Assembly: GCF_006345805.1 (NCBI RefSeq)
Contig: NC_043001.1
Span: forward strand, 105,152,001 to 105,216,000
Length of the DNA: 64,000 nucleotides
Direction of reading: 5' to 3'
From: Octopus sinensis
Taxonomy: Eukaryota
Shown: positions 39,050 through 53,557 of the stretch, piece by piece
How the letters are laid out: every line of letters begins with the position of its first letter
Numbering within the stretch: the first letter of the stretch is position 1
The notes under the pieces: model-generated
Told to the model about the DNA's origin: nothing
What the model saw: the letters and a program-made list of their open reading frames with translations, nothing else
Databases searched by the model: none
Position numbers and translations under genes: made by a program

Positions 39050-41640
39050 CTTAGATTTATTTTCTCTCATATCACAGTATTCTACTGGTGACCGTTTCTT
39101 TCTTTTATCCTGATTTGCATCTTCCTGTCCGCTATCATTCTGGTTCAAGCCTCTCCTGCATTTCGCCATTCCGTCTTCATGTATTCTTCGATGTCGATTC
39201 CAGCAGTTTTTCTCAGTTATTCCCATAAAATTCTTTCTGTTGTTCTGTTCTGTTTCCCACCAAAATTAGAACTTTTTCTTTCTCATATTGTATCCCTAAC
39301 TTTTCTCTTTTTCACTTTCTATATTTCGTTGCTCTCGTATGTGCTTGGGAGCTCATATTGATTGAAAGCTCGCCGTTTTTGATTTAAGATATATTGCTGT
39401 ATCTTCTGAAAAATTTTCATCCTGGCAACACACTAATTCTCAAATCATCTGTATTTCACATATCAACTTTGTGACCTAGATTTTTATCACTATTTTCTTT
39501 GTCTATTACAGCCTTTTTCTATTCTTATCCTCGTTTATCATATACTTGATCGTTTCTTGGTCTTCGTTCAACAACACACTTTTACTCGCTCGATATGCGT
39601 TTACGTAGAAACATTTTTAATTCCCTGCCTACATTTATAAAGAGTTTTATGTCATCCATCTGTCAAGTACTTTCCTTGTATCATTGTTTCTCCTTGCTCC
39701 AAATCTGTTTTCTTGAATATTTCTTACAAGGCGTGGATGAAGATCTTAAGACTAACGGGACCTCCTTCCCTGATACTTTATTGTACGAGCATTGTATCTG
39801 AACAGCCATTATTCTGCTGTATGTATATAATTTCTTGCGGATCTGAAGATCCTTTTAAGGTTGTCATTGTTGTTCTGATTTATGCCTATTTTAAAAGGAA
39901 CATCGGTAAAGGTTTTACCCTGTATTAAGTCAAAATCTGTGCATTGTCTATACACCCTATGCTGGTTTATACCAATTCTCACTTAACATTCTCGTGACTT
40001 GATTTGATTATAGAAGAACTGTTTTGGAGAATTTCCTACTAAAGCATGTCCGTTCTGTTGGTTTATTTTCTTTAAACCCATTCAGGTGTGTATGATTTTG
40101 ACGTTAAACTTGGACAACTAAAATTAATCAACTGCTATGCCTATCAAGTTCATATCTTGCCTTTATCTCGCTGTACGATCTTATTTCCCTTTCAAAAACC
40201 AAGGATTTTGTTTGTTGTTAGCTTCCCATCAGTTGCTTCATCATTCTTATTGATTTTCTACCGATTTTCATTTTGATGTGACATTATCGACTCCCAGAGC
40301 TTTACACCTTTTACAATTTTTAATGCGTTAATACGTTCATACTTTCATCTGGAGAATAGGCATTAATTACTTTTGGTCTCTTGGTTGAGATTTCATTTAC
40401 CATTTGAGAGTTTACTCCTGATAAAATTATGAAGGTATCTTTAATAATTCCATTCTATCCTCCGTGAAATTACAATTTATTTCCTTTTCCGATGTTTTTC
40501 TTTCTTTTAGGATTCCCCTGTTCGCCATATTTTTTACAAACATTTTTCTCACTTTATCTCTATCATCTTAGATTGTGTTCCGATCTCCCCGTTCCCAGTG
40601 TTCTGTTTTATGCTGAATAAAAATCTGCTCTATATGTTTCAGCTATTTTTTCAAGCATTTTAACCTTCCTATTTTTTCATCCACCTTTATCTTACCAATT
40701 TCTTTATTTCCTGGCATGAGTAGCAATCCACTCTTTCATGATCGATTGACTTATTCAATCTTAACGCTTGAAAATTAATTAATAGTTCTACTTGGAAATC
40801 TTTTACAGAAAACTTATTTTATGTATTTTGTTTTTTATAATCTTGAATTTTACTAATGTTCTAAATATTTGAATTTTTGCTTTAACTGTTTCATGGCTGC
40901 TTTCTCTATGTATACCATAGTCATGAAATAAGAAATAGTTAAGATAACATCTCTTGTCAATTTTGATGTTCTTATCGTATGCAATTATCATTCTTCTTAT
41001 ACAGTTTCAGATTAAAATATACCAATTCCTGACCTCTCACATCTCGCCTTTCATTCCTAGTTCTTTCAAGGGTATCTGATTCCCCTCATATCAGCTTCTC
41101 CCATTTGACAAGAAAATCACGCTTGGTTACTACACATCTGGATCAGTATCGTCCAATGATTTCTTTACTCCAACATAAATTTCCTCTTTCCTTCATCTTC
41201 ACCATTTACTGTTCTTCCTTATACTTCTGTGACTTCTCTGGCCTCTCCCTTAAAGATCCCTCTCCAGACTGTTAAATATATCCGAATAGTCACAGAAAAA
41301 TTAGTATATATTGTTTCATCTTTAGTACTCATCTATGTTTTTTATTCTTTCTACTTTGTCCATTATCTTTATCTTTATATATAACCAAGGGAATTCATTC
41401 AGTTTTGCTTGCTGGCAAGAGATTTTCCAGCTAGCCTTTGTTATTTTGCTCTCTAGCAATCCACGATCCCTTCAACCTTGAAAGCTCGCGTATGAAACAA
41501 AACGTTCACACACATTAATGACATTCCTACGTTTCCTCTCATCTGTCACATAACTTCCTTTCAGATGAAGCCATGTACTTTCATCTTTAGTCACGTCTGT
41601 GCTCACCTAAAGTCAGTGAGGTTTGCATCCATTTCTCTTT
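39050..41640 (-). mobile_element. Highly decayed RTE-clade LINE (APE endonuclease plus RT relic)
   Basis: Minus-strand fragments: KALGVDNVT (RT domain 0, KAPG.D.IT), GFKENKPT, and IREGGPVSLKIFIHAL*EIFKKTDLEQGE..IQGKYL (RQGD.ISPKLF..LE-type). Endonuclease-like remnants lie upstream. Many stops and frameshifts. The 3' end abuts a (CATA)n tract. Confidence 0.7.
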
Positions 41641-42557
41641 CACTAGTCAACGATATAAGATTCAATATCAAACAGAAATTTTGAGACATAACTGAGCGTT
41701 TATTAACGGTGATAGATAATCTGTCCGTCTAACGTCTACATTTTGCATTATCTTAGAATGTTCGTTTCCCTTGATAAATAAGTTCTTCTTCAAATTTATT
41801 TCAAAGTTGTAAGGTGCAGCTTTTAAAGTTATGTACTTAAGTACTCGATTAAAAACGACTGATGCCATATTGACTTCTTTGAAATATTTTTTACAATATT
41901 TATTATTAATCTGATAAATTCTTTTTTATTCTTCTCTGGTGATATTTGAAACTTATTGGCGCCTGCAATGCAACGATATCACCGACCTTCAATCTCTCTA
42001 TTATCATAATACTTTCGATCACATGATGAGTTCCACTCTACGTACATTATCCACCCAGGAAAGTAAATGTGATTTTGATTGATACTCTACTTCATAAGGA
42101 TAATTTTTGATATTTCAATCCAATACCATATGTATCCACAAAACAACTTCATATATTCACGTACCTACACCAGAAAAATGTAATGATCACACACGAATAC
42201 CTGAATGTTGTACATTTTAATCTGCAATTTTGTACTTTCAAGTTTTCAGTTCCAACAGGCCTGGGGTAACTCAGAATTAATCCAACGATATACGGAATAT
42301 ATAGAAGTGAACAAATTCTATATTGAATACTTCAGATTCACAGAAACAGAATGAATTTCTTATGAATTATATTAGATTTTGCTATATATCCCACAGAATA
42401 TTATTTCTGCAATCTCCTACAAGACAGAATATGAATACTTCGTGTACGGAATATAAGTACACAAATAAACATAAAGAAATATATGTATGTAAAAATATGT
42501 GTGGATGTGTATGCATATATGAATAGAGGCCTACATATAAATATACGAGCGTCTACA

Positions 42558-42608
<51 letters not shown>

Positions 42609-42817
42609 ACATATATAAAATAATTTTTTTTGTAATAAGATAAAAACCCAAGGGTGTGTAGATATTAGAACATTTATAAATAGAAGGTCTTACAGCTGTT
42701 TCCCTTCATCGGAGACGAATTTAAATACAATACAAAATAGAGAGTGAAGTGGAGGAAAGAAAATAGATGTGAGATATGTAGGGATATTGAATTTGTAGAT
42801 CCAGTTTTTAGACAGAA

Positions 42818-43202
42818 CTAGCAGTATCGCCCGGCGTTGCTCGGGTTTGTAAGGGAAATAACTATAAAGCATTTTTAGAGAGTTATAGCCAAAAAATAGG
42901 AAAAAAAATGGGGGAAAAAATGATGGTAAATTCTTTTGAAAGTTAAAATGGTCGAGTTGCGTCCCCTAGACCATCTGTGGTTTGTGTTTCTGATTGTCGA
43001 CCCCATGTCGAATTTATCGATTTTTTTCAGAACTGGGGGAACTTTTCAAAATTTTCGCTGCGTTAGTTTTGAATTATGACATTGGGCTATGTGTGTGTCA
43101 AGTTTCATCAGAATCGGTTGAAAGCCGTGGTCAGGGTGAAGGTACAAGCAAACAGACACACAGAAACACACACAGACAAACTGCCGTTTATATAGAGAGA
43201 GA
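42818..43202 (-). mobile_element. Non-autonomous Helitron-like element (second subfamily)
   Basis: Minus: A|TCTCTCTCTATATAAACGGCAG ... CCCGAGCAACGCCGGGCGATACTGCTAG|T. Same 3' end as the other two copies but a different body. Confidence 0.75.
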
Positions 43203-43228
43203 TGGTGTATATGTAAATTCCAATACCA

Positions 43229-43311
<83 letters not shown>

Positions 43312-43345
43312 ATAGATACCCGCATATATATATATATTATATATA

Positions 43346-43380
<35 letters not shown>

Positions 43381-44011
43381 AGTGCAACCTACCTTATATA
43401 TATTTCAATAGGTTTCGTAGAATATTGGTCCTGGCTATGATTAATACCAACTGGAATTTATATGTAATCATTTCCTCTGTATTAAAGCAATACTTTGAGC
43501 ACTGCAGCTCATTCCAGTAAAGAGCTATTTGTAGAAATACATCAGGGTGTACGTGGTTTCTCTGGAATTTGTTGGAAGAATCTTGAATGTGTCCAGTAAC
43601 CGGTTGTATTTCATTGCGTATTTATTTCCCTCTATGTATCTTGTCAAAGAGAAGAATGACTGTTGACGTGAAATAGTGTTGTGACGGGATGTGACACCAA
43701 CATGATTTACACCCACTTACCCACTCATCCACACACCTACAAACCCCACCCCATACTTACATGCATGTCAGTCCGTATTTACTGTTTATATATATAATTG
43801 TTTAAGTATTGGGTATGTCCCTTTTTAGTTAGCTGATGTAGCACGTGCACCGCCTATGGCGACCTGACGTACTCCCCGGTATCTACAGGATGGGTCGAAA
43901 TCGTTGTTAGCAATAAACATTTTATTTTCCGTCTCTATCATTTGTCATATCTGTGTGTGTGTGTGTGTGTGTATGTGTGTGTACGTATATATATATATAT
44001 ATCTATATATA

Positions 44012-44080
<69 letters not shown>

Positions 44081-44160
44081 GAATTTACAAAAACAAATGG
44101 CGAAATGGGTGTGTAAATAACAAACACGTGTATTAGTTTAACGCTCGGGAAGTGAGAAAA

Positions 44161-44197
44161 TCTTTTACGTTTCGAGCCTACGCTCCTCGACAAAGGA
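44161..44197 (-). ncRNA. Degenerate minimal hammerhead-like motif in a short repeat
   Basis: Minus: CCTTTGTCGA-GGAGC-GTAG-GCTC-GAAAC-GTA-AAAGA; the left core is eroded. Confidence 0.4.
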
Positions 44198-44923
44198 ATA
44201 TAGAAATAAACAGGGAGAGAAAATAATAAAAAAGGTTTAGTGGCTAGCGATCTATCATGGCGAATGCCGGACAGAGGGGTCACACAGGAGGGCTAGGAAG
44301 AAGCGGAGAAAATAAAGTAGTCCCCACACCTACACACTCAACACTACTATAAAAAGAGTCAAAATTCCTGCAAAAGTTAGTTCAGTTTGAAGACTCCACT
44401 AGAGTGGACGAAAACGCTATTATATGATATATGATGTATAAAAACATGTAACATACTATTAATATCTGTAAATATAAAACCAACCAGATTTCTGAGTACC
44501 TCAGTTCTTCTAATATATAATACCTGTACATCACCTACAAACCTTCTAATATATATATGTATGTACTACCAGCTAAGCCTGGTTTCGCCCGGTCTGTTTG
44601 GATTATGTGGCTGTGGTCGTTTTCGGTTAGGCATAATCTATAACAGCGTTTCTCAACCTTATCATTTCGGGTCCCCTGCTTCCATTGGAGCCTCCAGCTG
44701 TATGAAAATTTCCTGATTCTCCACCTTGTCAGAAAACAGCTTCAGGAGTTGTGAAGAACGAATTTGTACGTAGTCTCTTTCTGAGAGCTATTCCTATTCC
44801 TAATCCAATAGAAATAGAGCTATTTCTATTCGATTATACATTAATCCCAATTTTTGTAAGCAGTTGTATCCGTAAAAAAAATTATTTGCAGAGAGCAGAA
44901 ATTGAAAAAACATATAAGAAATG

Positions 44924-44969
<46 letters not shown>

Positions 44970-45599
44970 TGTGCTTGCGCGTGCGTATGTGAGAGAGAAA
45001 GAGAGTGAGAAAGGGGCGTGTCGTGATGATTAATGTCTTTTAAGGTACACACACACATAGAAAATGTGAGGTCATAGTTGATTTATGGAAAAGGTTGTGT
45101 CAAATTTTTGAAATGCAAATATGTGAATGAAAATTAAGTTCAGACCTCTACATGGTAGCTAGATCTTGTAGAAATAGCAGCCAAATATCCCTCAAACAAC
45201 CCTACTGTCTCTATCCGACAATTCTGCCTATTATGTAGTCTGAATGATAAACTGTAACTAAAGATTACGGTAATTAACCCCACAAAGAAGTGAAAGAATA
45301 GAGACAGCATAGCCAAAGGTTTGCTTCCCTGTCATCCTGTACTCCCCTTGTTGCTAGCAAAATGGTATATGCCGGGTGTGTGAGCAACTGGTTGTTTTAA
45401 TGGCAGAACAAACAGGGAAATTACATTAGAAAATTTCTTAATCAATTTTCTCAGTAACTATGGGGTGTAGGAAAAAAATACAAACCGCATTCCAATCTAT
45501 GCATCGGCCTTCGCATGTGTGCCATTTTCCACACGAATCCACCCAGCGAAGAAAGAATACAACGCTCGCCCATATCCAATATATATTATATTATATGAT

Positions 45600-45672
<73 letters not shown>

Positions 45673-46409
45673 TACATACATATATAAATACATACATACA
45701 TACGGATATATAAATATATATGTATATAAATATGTGTGTGTGGTGATAGATAGATAGAAAATAGATAATACATACGCACACCCTCGCACGCACACATGCA
45801 TACATTCCTACGCACATACACATCCTATGCATAATTCAAGCACACCAAAGTAATAAAAAAAATGTTATAGAGCAAGTTGGAACCATTTGGACATTACAAG
45901 ACTGGAAGAACGTCTTCTGCGTCATGTAGGTTTCCTTGGCACGGTTGAGGCATTATCGTATGACCGAAACCGTTTCAATTACCTTCCCAAGTGTGTGGAA
46001 CTTAAGTTGCCCATCGAGTTACTTTACTGTACTTTATATATTACAATTGTGGCTCTGAAATCACTTCAGAGCTTCAGGTTGTTCCATCTTTCAACAAACG
46101 AGCAATAAACATAGGCAAATGAGAAATAGAGATACAGAGAGAAAGCTAAATAAATTGTGAGAAAGAAATGATCGTATAAAATTCTAGATGGACACATAAA
46201 CCAATAGATAAATCGATTAATGTACAAGAATATCTGGTTTCTCATGTTTTATCACCATTTAATCCACATATATGGTTAGTTAAAAGCTTGCCATGCACGT
46301 CAGTCAAGAATCCTCCGACTTCAGAGATGTATGTCATGTGTTTGAAGTTAATGGTGTCATGTTTTAAATAGAACACTGTCGTAATAATATATCCTATAAA
46401 GATTTAGAT

Positions 46410-46499
46410 TCAGATGTGTGTATGTATGCATATGGGAGTGTGTGGTGTGTGTGTACGCGCGCGTGTGTTTGTATTATGTTTATTATATACATACACACA

Positions 46500-46563
<64 letters not shown>

Positions 46564-46730
46564 CTATATAAATATAATATATATTTATCTAAATATGTGT
46601 AAATATTTATATAAATATATTTACACATATATATATATTTACACATAGACATGTATATGTATATAGATGCATATATATATACGTATACACGCATGTGTGT
46701 ATAGGTGATTTACATATACATACATACATA

Positions 46731-46772
<42 letters not shown>

Positions 46773-46865
46773 TATATACATATATTGATAAATATGCTTA
46801 CTTCTGTATCTTGAGAATGGGATTTATATATATATATATATATGTACATTATCTATCTATGTATG

Positions 46866-46960
<95 letters not shown>
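46410..46960. repeat. Compound (TA)n/(TCTA)n tract
   Basis: Directly visible. Confidence 0.9.
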
Positions 46961-46962
<2 letters not shown>

Positions 46963-47502
46963 GTGTCCATGTGTGTATTCGCGAACGGTTATGGAATTAG
47001 ACGGCTCTGTTTGTATATGGAATCAGACATCAATATGAATCAAACATCATAAACTTCAGCTTTGTTAGCAAGACATGAAGAAACATAAAAATTTGTAGAA
47101 CCATCATATTTATAAAAGTATATGAAAATATACTAAAATATAGGAATTTGTCGGAGTGACTTTGATGGTATTTGGGTACAAGTAATTAATAGAGTCTACT
47201 GGAAAATGGGAGAATATATTTATAAATACTTCATCCAATGTATATATAACCTTATACACACATACGCTCGTGTGGCGTTCCAGTATGGCCTCAGCTACAG
47301 GGCTGAAACGAATAGAAAAATAAATGTATACATGGTCACATATTCACAAACACCTTTCACGCACACAGAATATATGTATAGGTAGGTATTTTTATATACA
47401 CATTTATATATTTACCTACATGCATGTATATGCGCGCTCATGCAGTTTGATGCATACATGTGTGTTTCATGTTTTCGATACCAGCTTAGGAGCTTGGTCA
47501 GG

Positions 47503-47720
47503 AAGGTGGCGAGCTGGCAGAAACGTTAGCACGCCTGGCGAAATGCGTAGCCGTATTTCGTCTGACGTTACGTTCTGAGTTCAAATTCCGCCGAAGTCGA
47601 CTTTGCCTTTCATCCTTTCGGGGTTGATAAATTAAGTACCAGTTATGCACTGGGGTCGATGTAATTAACTTAATCCGTTTGTCTTCTCTGTGTTAGCTCG
47701 TTGTTGTTAATAAAGAAATA
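47503..47720 (+). mobile_element. SINE family A, full copy
   Basis: Head, central block and TAAAGAAATA tail are present. Confidence 0.9.
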
Positions 47721-48096
47721 GGTGCTTAGCCAGGAGGTTATAGGTTGGAAGGAAAAAAGAAATGTTTGTCTGTCTATTATAATTTTTCATGCCGTACATT
47801 CATTTCCTACATAAAGATTGAAGTTATGCTCTTCTAAATATATTTTGATATCTCATCCCTTTTTCTAAATATTGTCATTTGTTTATTATCTAGGAAATTT
47901 CACATGCAGCTATACATTACTCCAGAATCGGATGCACATTTCTTGCATATAGAAATCCAACGATTATAGAATGGCATTTTGCAATCGCCTTGTTGCCTAT
48001 AGTTCCTCAACGCTTTGACAATACATGAGGATTTATCTTCAAAAATTAATAATTATTCTGCTTGTCATTGCGTTACTTAGATCGTTGGTAACGTTT

Positions 48097-48470
48097 TTAT
48101 GTGCTTAATTTATAAACCCCGAAAGGATGAAATGCAAAGTCGACTTCGGCGGAATTTGAACTCAAAACGTAAAAACAGACGAAATACTGCTAAGCATTTC
48201 GCCTGGCGTGTTAACGTTTCTTATTTCTTTATTGCCCACAAGGGGCTAAACATAGAGGAGACAAACAAGGACAGACAAACGGATTAAGTCGATTACATCG
48301 ACCCCAGTGCGCAACTGGTACTTAATTTATCGACCCCGAAAGGATGAAAGGCAAGGTCGACCTCGGTAGAGTTTGAACTCAGAACGTAACGGCAGACGAA
48401 ATACCTATTTCTTTACTACCCACAAAGGACAGACGAAATACCGCTAAGCCGGCGTGCTAACGTTTCTTCC
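48097..48470 (-). mobile_element. SINE family A trimeric array of truncated units
   Basis: Tail-to-internal junctions at 48405/48406 (restart GGTATTTCGTC) and about 48221 (restart AGAAACGTTAACACGCC). Confidence 0.85.
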
Positions 48471-49458
48471 AACTAGTCGTCTCAAAATACAACCGGTTTC
48501 GATGTATCCATCTTATCAAATATCAACAAGAGATTTTTATGAAGTGAAAGGGAAAAAATATTTGGGGTTACCAGGTTGTAATACGTGTTTTAGTGTAAAG
48601 AAAATCTTTACTGTAGAGTCACTCCTTATATGCGCTTTGTCTATGTACATTTGGGGTGGGGTTCATAAGTTCAGGAATTCTATTGAAAAGAAGTGTTTTG
48701 AATTGATAGTAGGTTTCTATTCAGGATTTGGCAAGCTGTGTGTGTATGTGTGTGTGTGTGTTTGGAATATGTTGTCAAAACATTTTTCTTTTTTTTTCCT
48801 TTTTCTGCAAAGGGTTTCGAAAAAATAATTTGTCTTCTTTGTTTGTGTCTATGTGTGTTGTTTTCGTTTATGGAAATATGTTTGGCATATTTTGGTGGCT
48901 GTGTATATGTGTATGTTTTAGATTTTGTTGATAATGTATTGTGTGTGTGTGTGTGTGTGTGTGTGAGTGTGTGTATGTGTGAGTGTATGTGTGTGTGTGT
49001 GAGTGTGGCAGATCCTTAGTTGATGATTGACAGTGGGTGTTTAGATATTTAGTTTTGGTCTAAATTTGTTAAAGGATTTGGTGAATTTGTGTGTATGTTT
49101 GTTTGTTTGATGTGTGTCTGTGTATTTTCAGTGGTGTTTGTGTGTGTGTATGTATATGTGTTTTTTTTTCTTTTTCGAAGTATATTTTGTAATTTGTAGT
49201 GTGTGGGGTTATGTTGTGTTTGTGTGTGACAGGTCCTCATTTAATGATTATCGGTTACTGCTTTAAATATTTAGATGTGGTTTATATTTCTTGAATACTT
49301 TTTCTTTGTTTACTCTGTTGTTGGAAAAAATATACATACATACATACATATATATATATAACGGGAAGCTTTATGAAAATAAACAAAAGACGAAGGCAGG
49401 TGGAAAACAAACGAACAATTGTATTAGTATGGCGCTCAGGAAATATAAATAAAACAAG

Positions 49459-49496
49459 TCTTTAACGTTTCGAGCCTACGCTCTTCAACAGAAAGA
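49459..49496 (-). ncRNA. Minimal hammerhead-like motif
   Basis: Minus: TCTTT-CTGTTGA-A-GAGC-GTAG-GCTC-GAAAC-GTT-AAAGA; stem I TCTTT/AAAGA. Confidence 0.5.
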
Positions 49497-49660
49497 TACA
49501 CAGGGAGAGAAAAACACAGAAAGAAGGAGAGAAAATATATATATGTGTGTGTGTGTGTGTAAAGTTAATCCAAACATGAAAGCACAAAAAAAAAAACACA
49601 ACGCGAGGACGTTGAACAAATGTAGTATTATTGGACGGTCAGGAAAGAAGGAAAGAAGGA

Positions 49661-49697
49661 GGGTTTAACGTTTCGAGCGGGGCTATTCGTCGGAAAC
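49661..49697 (-). ncRNA. Minimal hammerhead-like motif
   Basis: Minus: GTTT-CCGACGA-ATAGC-CCC-GCTC-GAAAC-GTT-AAAC; stem I GTTT/AAAC. Confidence 0.5.
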
Positions 49698-49763
49698 ATA
49701 GGAGAAGGAAAGATCCAGAGAAGGGAAGACAGAGGAAAACAATCGCCAACGGTACACACGAGG

Positions 49764-49847
<84 letters not shown>

Positions 49848-50252
49848 CTCTTTTTTACTTGTTTAAGCCATTTGAATGCGGCCGTCCTGGAGCACTACCA
49901 TTAGTCGAGCAAACTGATACCAGGACTTATTCTTTGTAAGCCTAGTACTTTTTCTATCGGCCTGTTCTGCCGAACCGCTAATTTACGGGGACGTAAACAC
50001 ACCACCATCAGTTGTCAAGTGATGTTGGAGGAACAAGCACACACACACAAACACATATACACACATACATTTATATCTACAATACATACGATGGGCTTCT
50101 TTCAATTTCCGTGTACCAAATCCACTCACAAGGCTTTGGTCGGCCCGATTGTATAGTAGAAGACACTTGCCCAAGTTGCGACGCAGTGGAAATTAATCCG
50201 AAAGCATGTGGTGAGTAAGCGAGGTACTTACGACACACACACTCCTACGCCT
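49848..50252 (-). mobile_element. SINE family B
   Basis: Full-length reverse-complement match, including AGACACTTGCCCAAG. Confidence 0.85.
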
Positions 50253-50360
50253 ATATATATACATATACAATTTACAAACGAAAAACAAAAACGAACAGGC
50301 GAATACGGGTGTATAAACAACAAACAAATGTATTAGTTTAACACTGGGGAAGTGAGATAG

Positions 50361-50398
50361 TCTTTTATGTTTCGAGCCTACGCTCTTCACCAGAAAGG
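50361..50398 (-). ncRNA. Minimal hammerhead-like motif
   Basis: Minus: CCTTT-CTGGTGA-A-GAGC-GTAG-GCTC-GAAAC-ATA-AAAGA. Confidence 0.45.
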
Positions 50399-50441
50399 AA
50401 CACAGTAATAAACAGGGAGAAAATAAAAACGGTTAAATGGC

Positions 50442-50509
<68 letters not shown>

Positions 50510-51077
50510 TATATATAATTAAAATATATATATTGTTGTGTGTGTGTGTATAAACGTGTATCTATCTATCCACTCACACACATGCTCTATGTCCGTGTTT
50601 GTGCGTATGTACGTATGTATACATGCGTACATGCTCACATTCATATACCATTACTAGTTTGGAACTATCTTAAATTGCCACCTTCAAACCGTGGTCGTTC
50701 TTTCACCCGCCACCCCACCCCAACTAAACAATGGTTTTGTAGATGTGTGAACACTGTCTGGACCCAATAATTCTATATTTAATGATGTTTGTGTTATGTG
50801 AGCGAATTTCTTGTGTCTGTCTCGAGTAATTCAGTGACTTTTCTTTTTATGATGGTAATTTTTAGCTGCGGTAGCTATTTTTGCAAAAGGTACTGAGTAA
50901 AACGTGAATAAATGGGTGGCTTTGAAGTTTATCATAGCTTTGCATGCTTCGTTTGGCTTCATTTTATTGAAGTTATTGTGTATTGTTGAATAAAATTTCA
51001 TTGTAATGTTTTGGCTGACTCTAAAATGAATTTGAATTGTGTGTTTGAGTTAGGACAGTAGTGTCTGGTAGTATTTT

Positions 51078-51290
51078 TTTCCACTCTCGGCACAAGGCCC
51101 GAAATTTTGGGGGAGGGTGGGGCCCGTCGGTTAGATCGACCACAGTACGCCACTGGTACTTACTTTATCGACCCTGAAAAGATGAAAAGCTAAGTCGTCA
51201 TCGGCATAATTTGAACTCAGAACGTAAAGACAGACGAAATAGCACTAAGAATTTCGCCCTGCGTGCTAACATTTCTACCAGCTCGCCGCC
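51078..51290 (-). mobile_element. SINE family A (alternative tail)
   Basis: Head and central block; tail CCCTCCCCCAAAATTTCGGGCCTTGTGCC. Confidence 0.85.
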
Positions 51291-52711
51291 GGGTAGTATT
51301 AAGAATCTGACTCTTCCGCAGGCTCCATCGACTACGGTCATGCTGGGGCACTACTTTGAAGAATTTTAATCGAAAAAATCGACATCAGTAGCTTATTTTA
51401 AATCCCGGCATTTATTCTATCGATCGTTGTTGCTGAAGTACTAGGTTAATTACCCTACATCAGAATAAGTAATGAAGTAATAAATGCCTACATTCAGAAG
51501 GTATGTTTGACCGTCTATATCTCGTTATTTTCTTGTGTCTTTTACGTCACTTCTGTTTCTGTTGAACTCTGGCACATAATTCTACAAAAGCACTGGTTCC
51601 ACTGATGACACTTGTACCTCTCTGCAGCCATAAGACTACATCATCTGATTTCATGGTGTTTGTGGTGTTGCTTATCGGATCTGTACGTTGGTTTGGCTTT
51701 GGTTGCGTGACAGTGAGTTTGCTTCCTTTCGTGTGAAATCCTGGGGAGATGTGTACAGATGTAGTTTTGGTTCGATGTATATATGTGTGTAGGTAATGCG
51801 ATTAATGTGCTCGGCTATATTCTATATATTTTAAATTGTTTAACTTTTCTATCTCCTTGTGGAATGTATTTTATTATGCATCACTCGGTGAGTAGGTGCA
51901 TATAATACACTCTATTCGAAAGTGGATTACCGCAACGAACTGAAGAAGATAAACAGTCTATTTTTATTTTTAGTGTGTGTGTGTCATTCAAATTCTAATA
52001 AAATCGTGGTTGTCAAAGTAGGATGACAGGTTTTAGAATCAGCATCCATAACAGACAACTCGACTCCATCCAATGTAGAAGGAAACAAAATCGGAAAATG
52101 TCTAAAATTAAAAAGATAAAAAGAACGAATGTATAATGATTGATAGGTTTTTAAAATAACTGTTGTATTTCAAATGATTAAGGGCGCCTGGTGCATTTTC
52201 AGACACAGATATTTGATTATCAAGAAGGCTGAGAAAGTAAACAGTTTGGTAAAAGAATTTACTATCTCTCGTTTTATGTATGTATTAAATATTTAATTGG
52301 AACACTGAGCATGTATAAATACACATATATCGATATATATATAGGAGATAAATAAAAATATATGCATATATATATATATATGTATACATTCATACGCACA
52401 CACACACACACACACACGCACACACATACACACACACACACACATATGCATACATGCATAAATTCAATCCGGCATACAGATACAGCTGCCATTAACATAA
52501 ACATTTAAACAAAAGCAGAAAATATACACACAGTCGAACGAGAAAATATGTCAAACGAGCAAATTCGTACACTCTTACTCACATTGACTCATGTATACAC
52601 CTATTCGTACATATATATATGTACACAAATATATCTATGCATGTGTATATTATATATATATATATACATATAATATATTATAATATATATATATATATAT
52701 ACATATGGTAT

Positions 52712-52744
<33 letters not shown>

Positions 52745-52755
<11 letters not shown>

Positions 52756-53130
52756 CTGAAGTTGTTTGTGTATGGCAGGTTTGGTAGCCTTCAACTAACA
52801 CTATCTCCTCCGAGACCCTGCGGCACAAGTTGGCCAAAATTGAGAGTATGATAGAAGAAGGCGTGTTCGTCCGTCCGTAGAAAGACAAATTCAAATCGGA
52901 CCATATTAACACAAAAAATTATTTACATCAAAAAGGTGCTTATTTCTCTATGAAAATCCCTATTTTTTACGATTTTTTGACTTCTGTGTCCCCATTTTTT
53001 GGTGTATTTCAACCACAAAAATGTTGACTTAAAGAGAATAACAAGCTACATAATGCGACTTTTTTACTTTTCAAAATTCCAATTCTAAAGGGTCGAAACA
53101 AACCCGAGCAACGCCGGGCGATACTGCTAG
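52745..53130 (+). mobile_element. Non-autonomous Helitron-like element
   Basis: (TA)n-TAAAGCTGAAG start; 3' hairpin CCCGAGCAACGCCGGG, then CTAG|T. Colinear with 15717-16106. Confidence 0.75.
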
Positions 53131-53189
<59 letters not shown>

Positions 53190-53292
53190 TGCATAGTCAT
53201 TTCAAATAAACAATAAAAAAATAGAGAGAAAAAACGAACGTGAGGCCGTGCATGAGAAATATAATAATTTGACACTCTGTGAAGGAAGAGAG

Positions 53293-53333
53293 TCGTTTCT
53301 AACGCTTCGAGCATAGCACTGCATCGGAAACGA
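53293..53333 (-). ncRNA. Degenerate minimal hammerhead-like motif
   Basis: Minus: TCGTTT-CCGATGC-AGTGC-TAT-GCTC-GAAGC-GTT-AG-AAACGA; stem I TCGTTT/AAACGA. Confidence 0.4.
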
Positions 53334-53557
53334 AGATGAAACCGTAAGATAAATCGCCAACAGTCCACGTGTGGTGTGTATGTCTACACATACACACACA
53401 CACACACAGACACGTACACATACACATACAAAAATACACACACGCAAACACACACACATATATAAAACTACTCATGTAGAGAAACCTATATGAAAAGAAC
53501 CACAATTCCATAACCCCGCTGAAATTTTGGCGACGTATGCTGGATTGAAGGGCAATG

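Noticed and set aside
44575-44675. Possible Helitron 3' end and hAT-like terminus CAGCGTTTCTCAACC
   Set aside because: Isolated termini; no partner ends found.
45870-45960. Tc1-like peptide WTLQDWKNVF
   Set aside because: A single short motif with no TIR or further transposase motifs; too weak to call.
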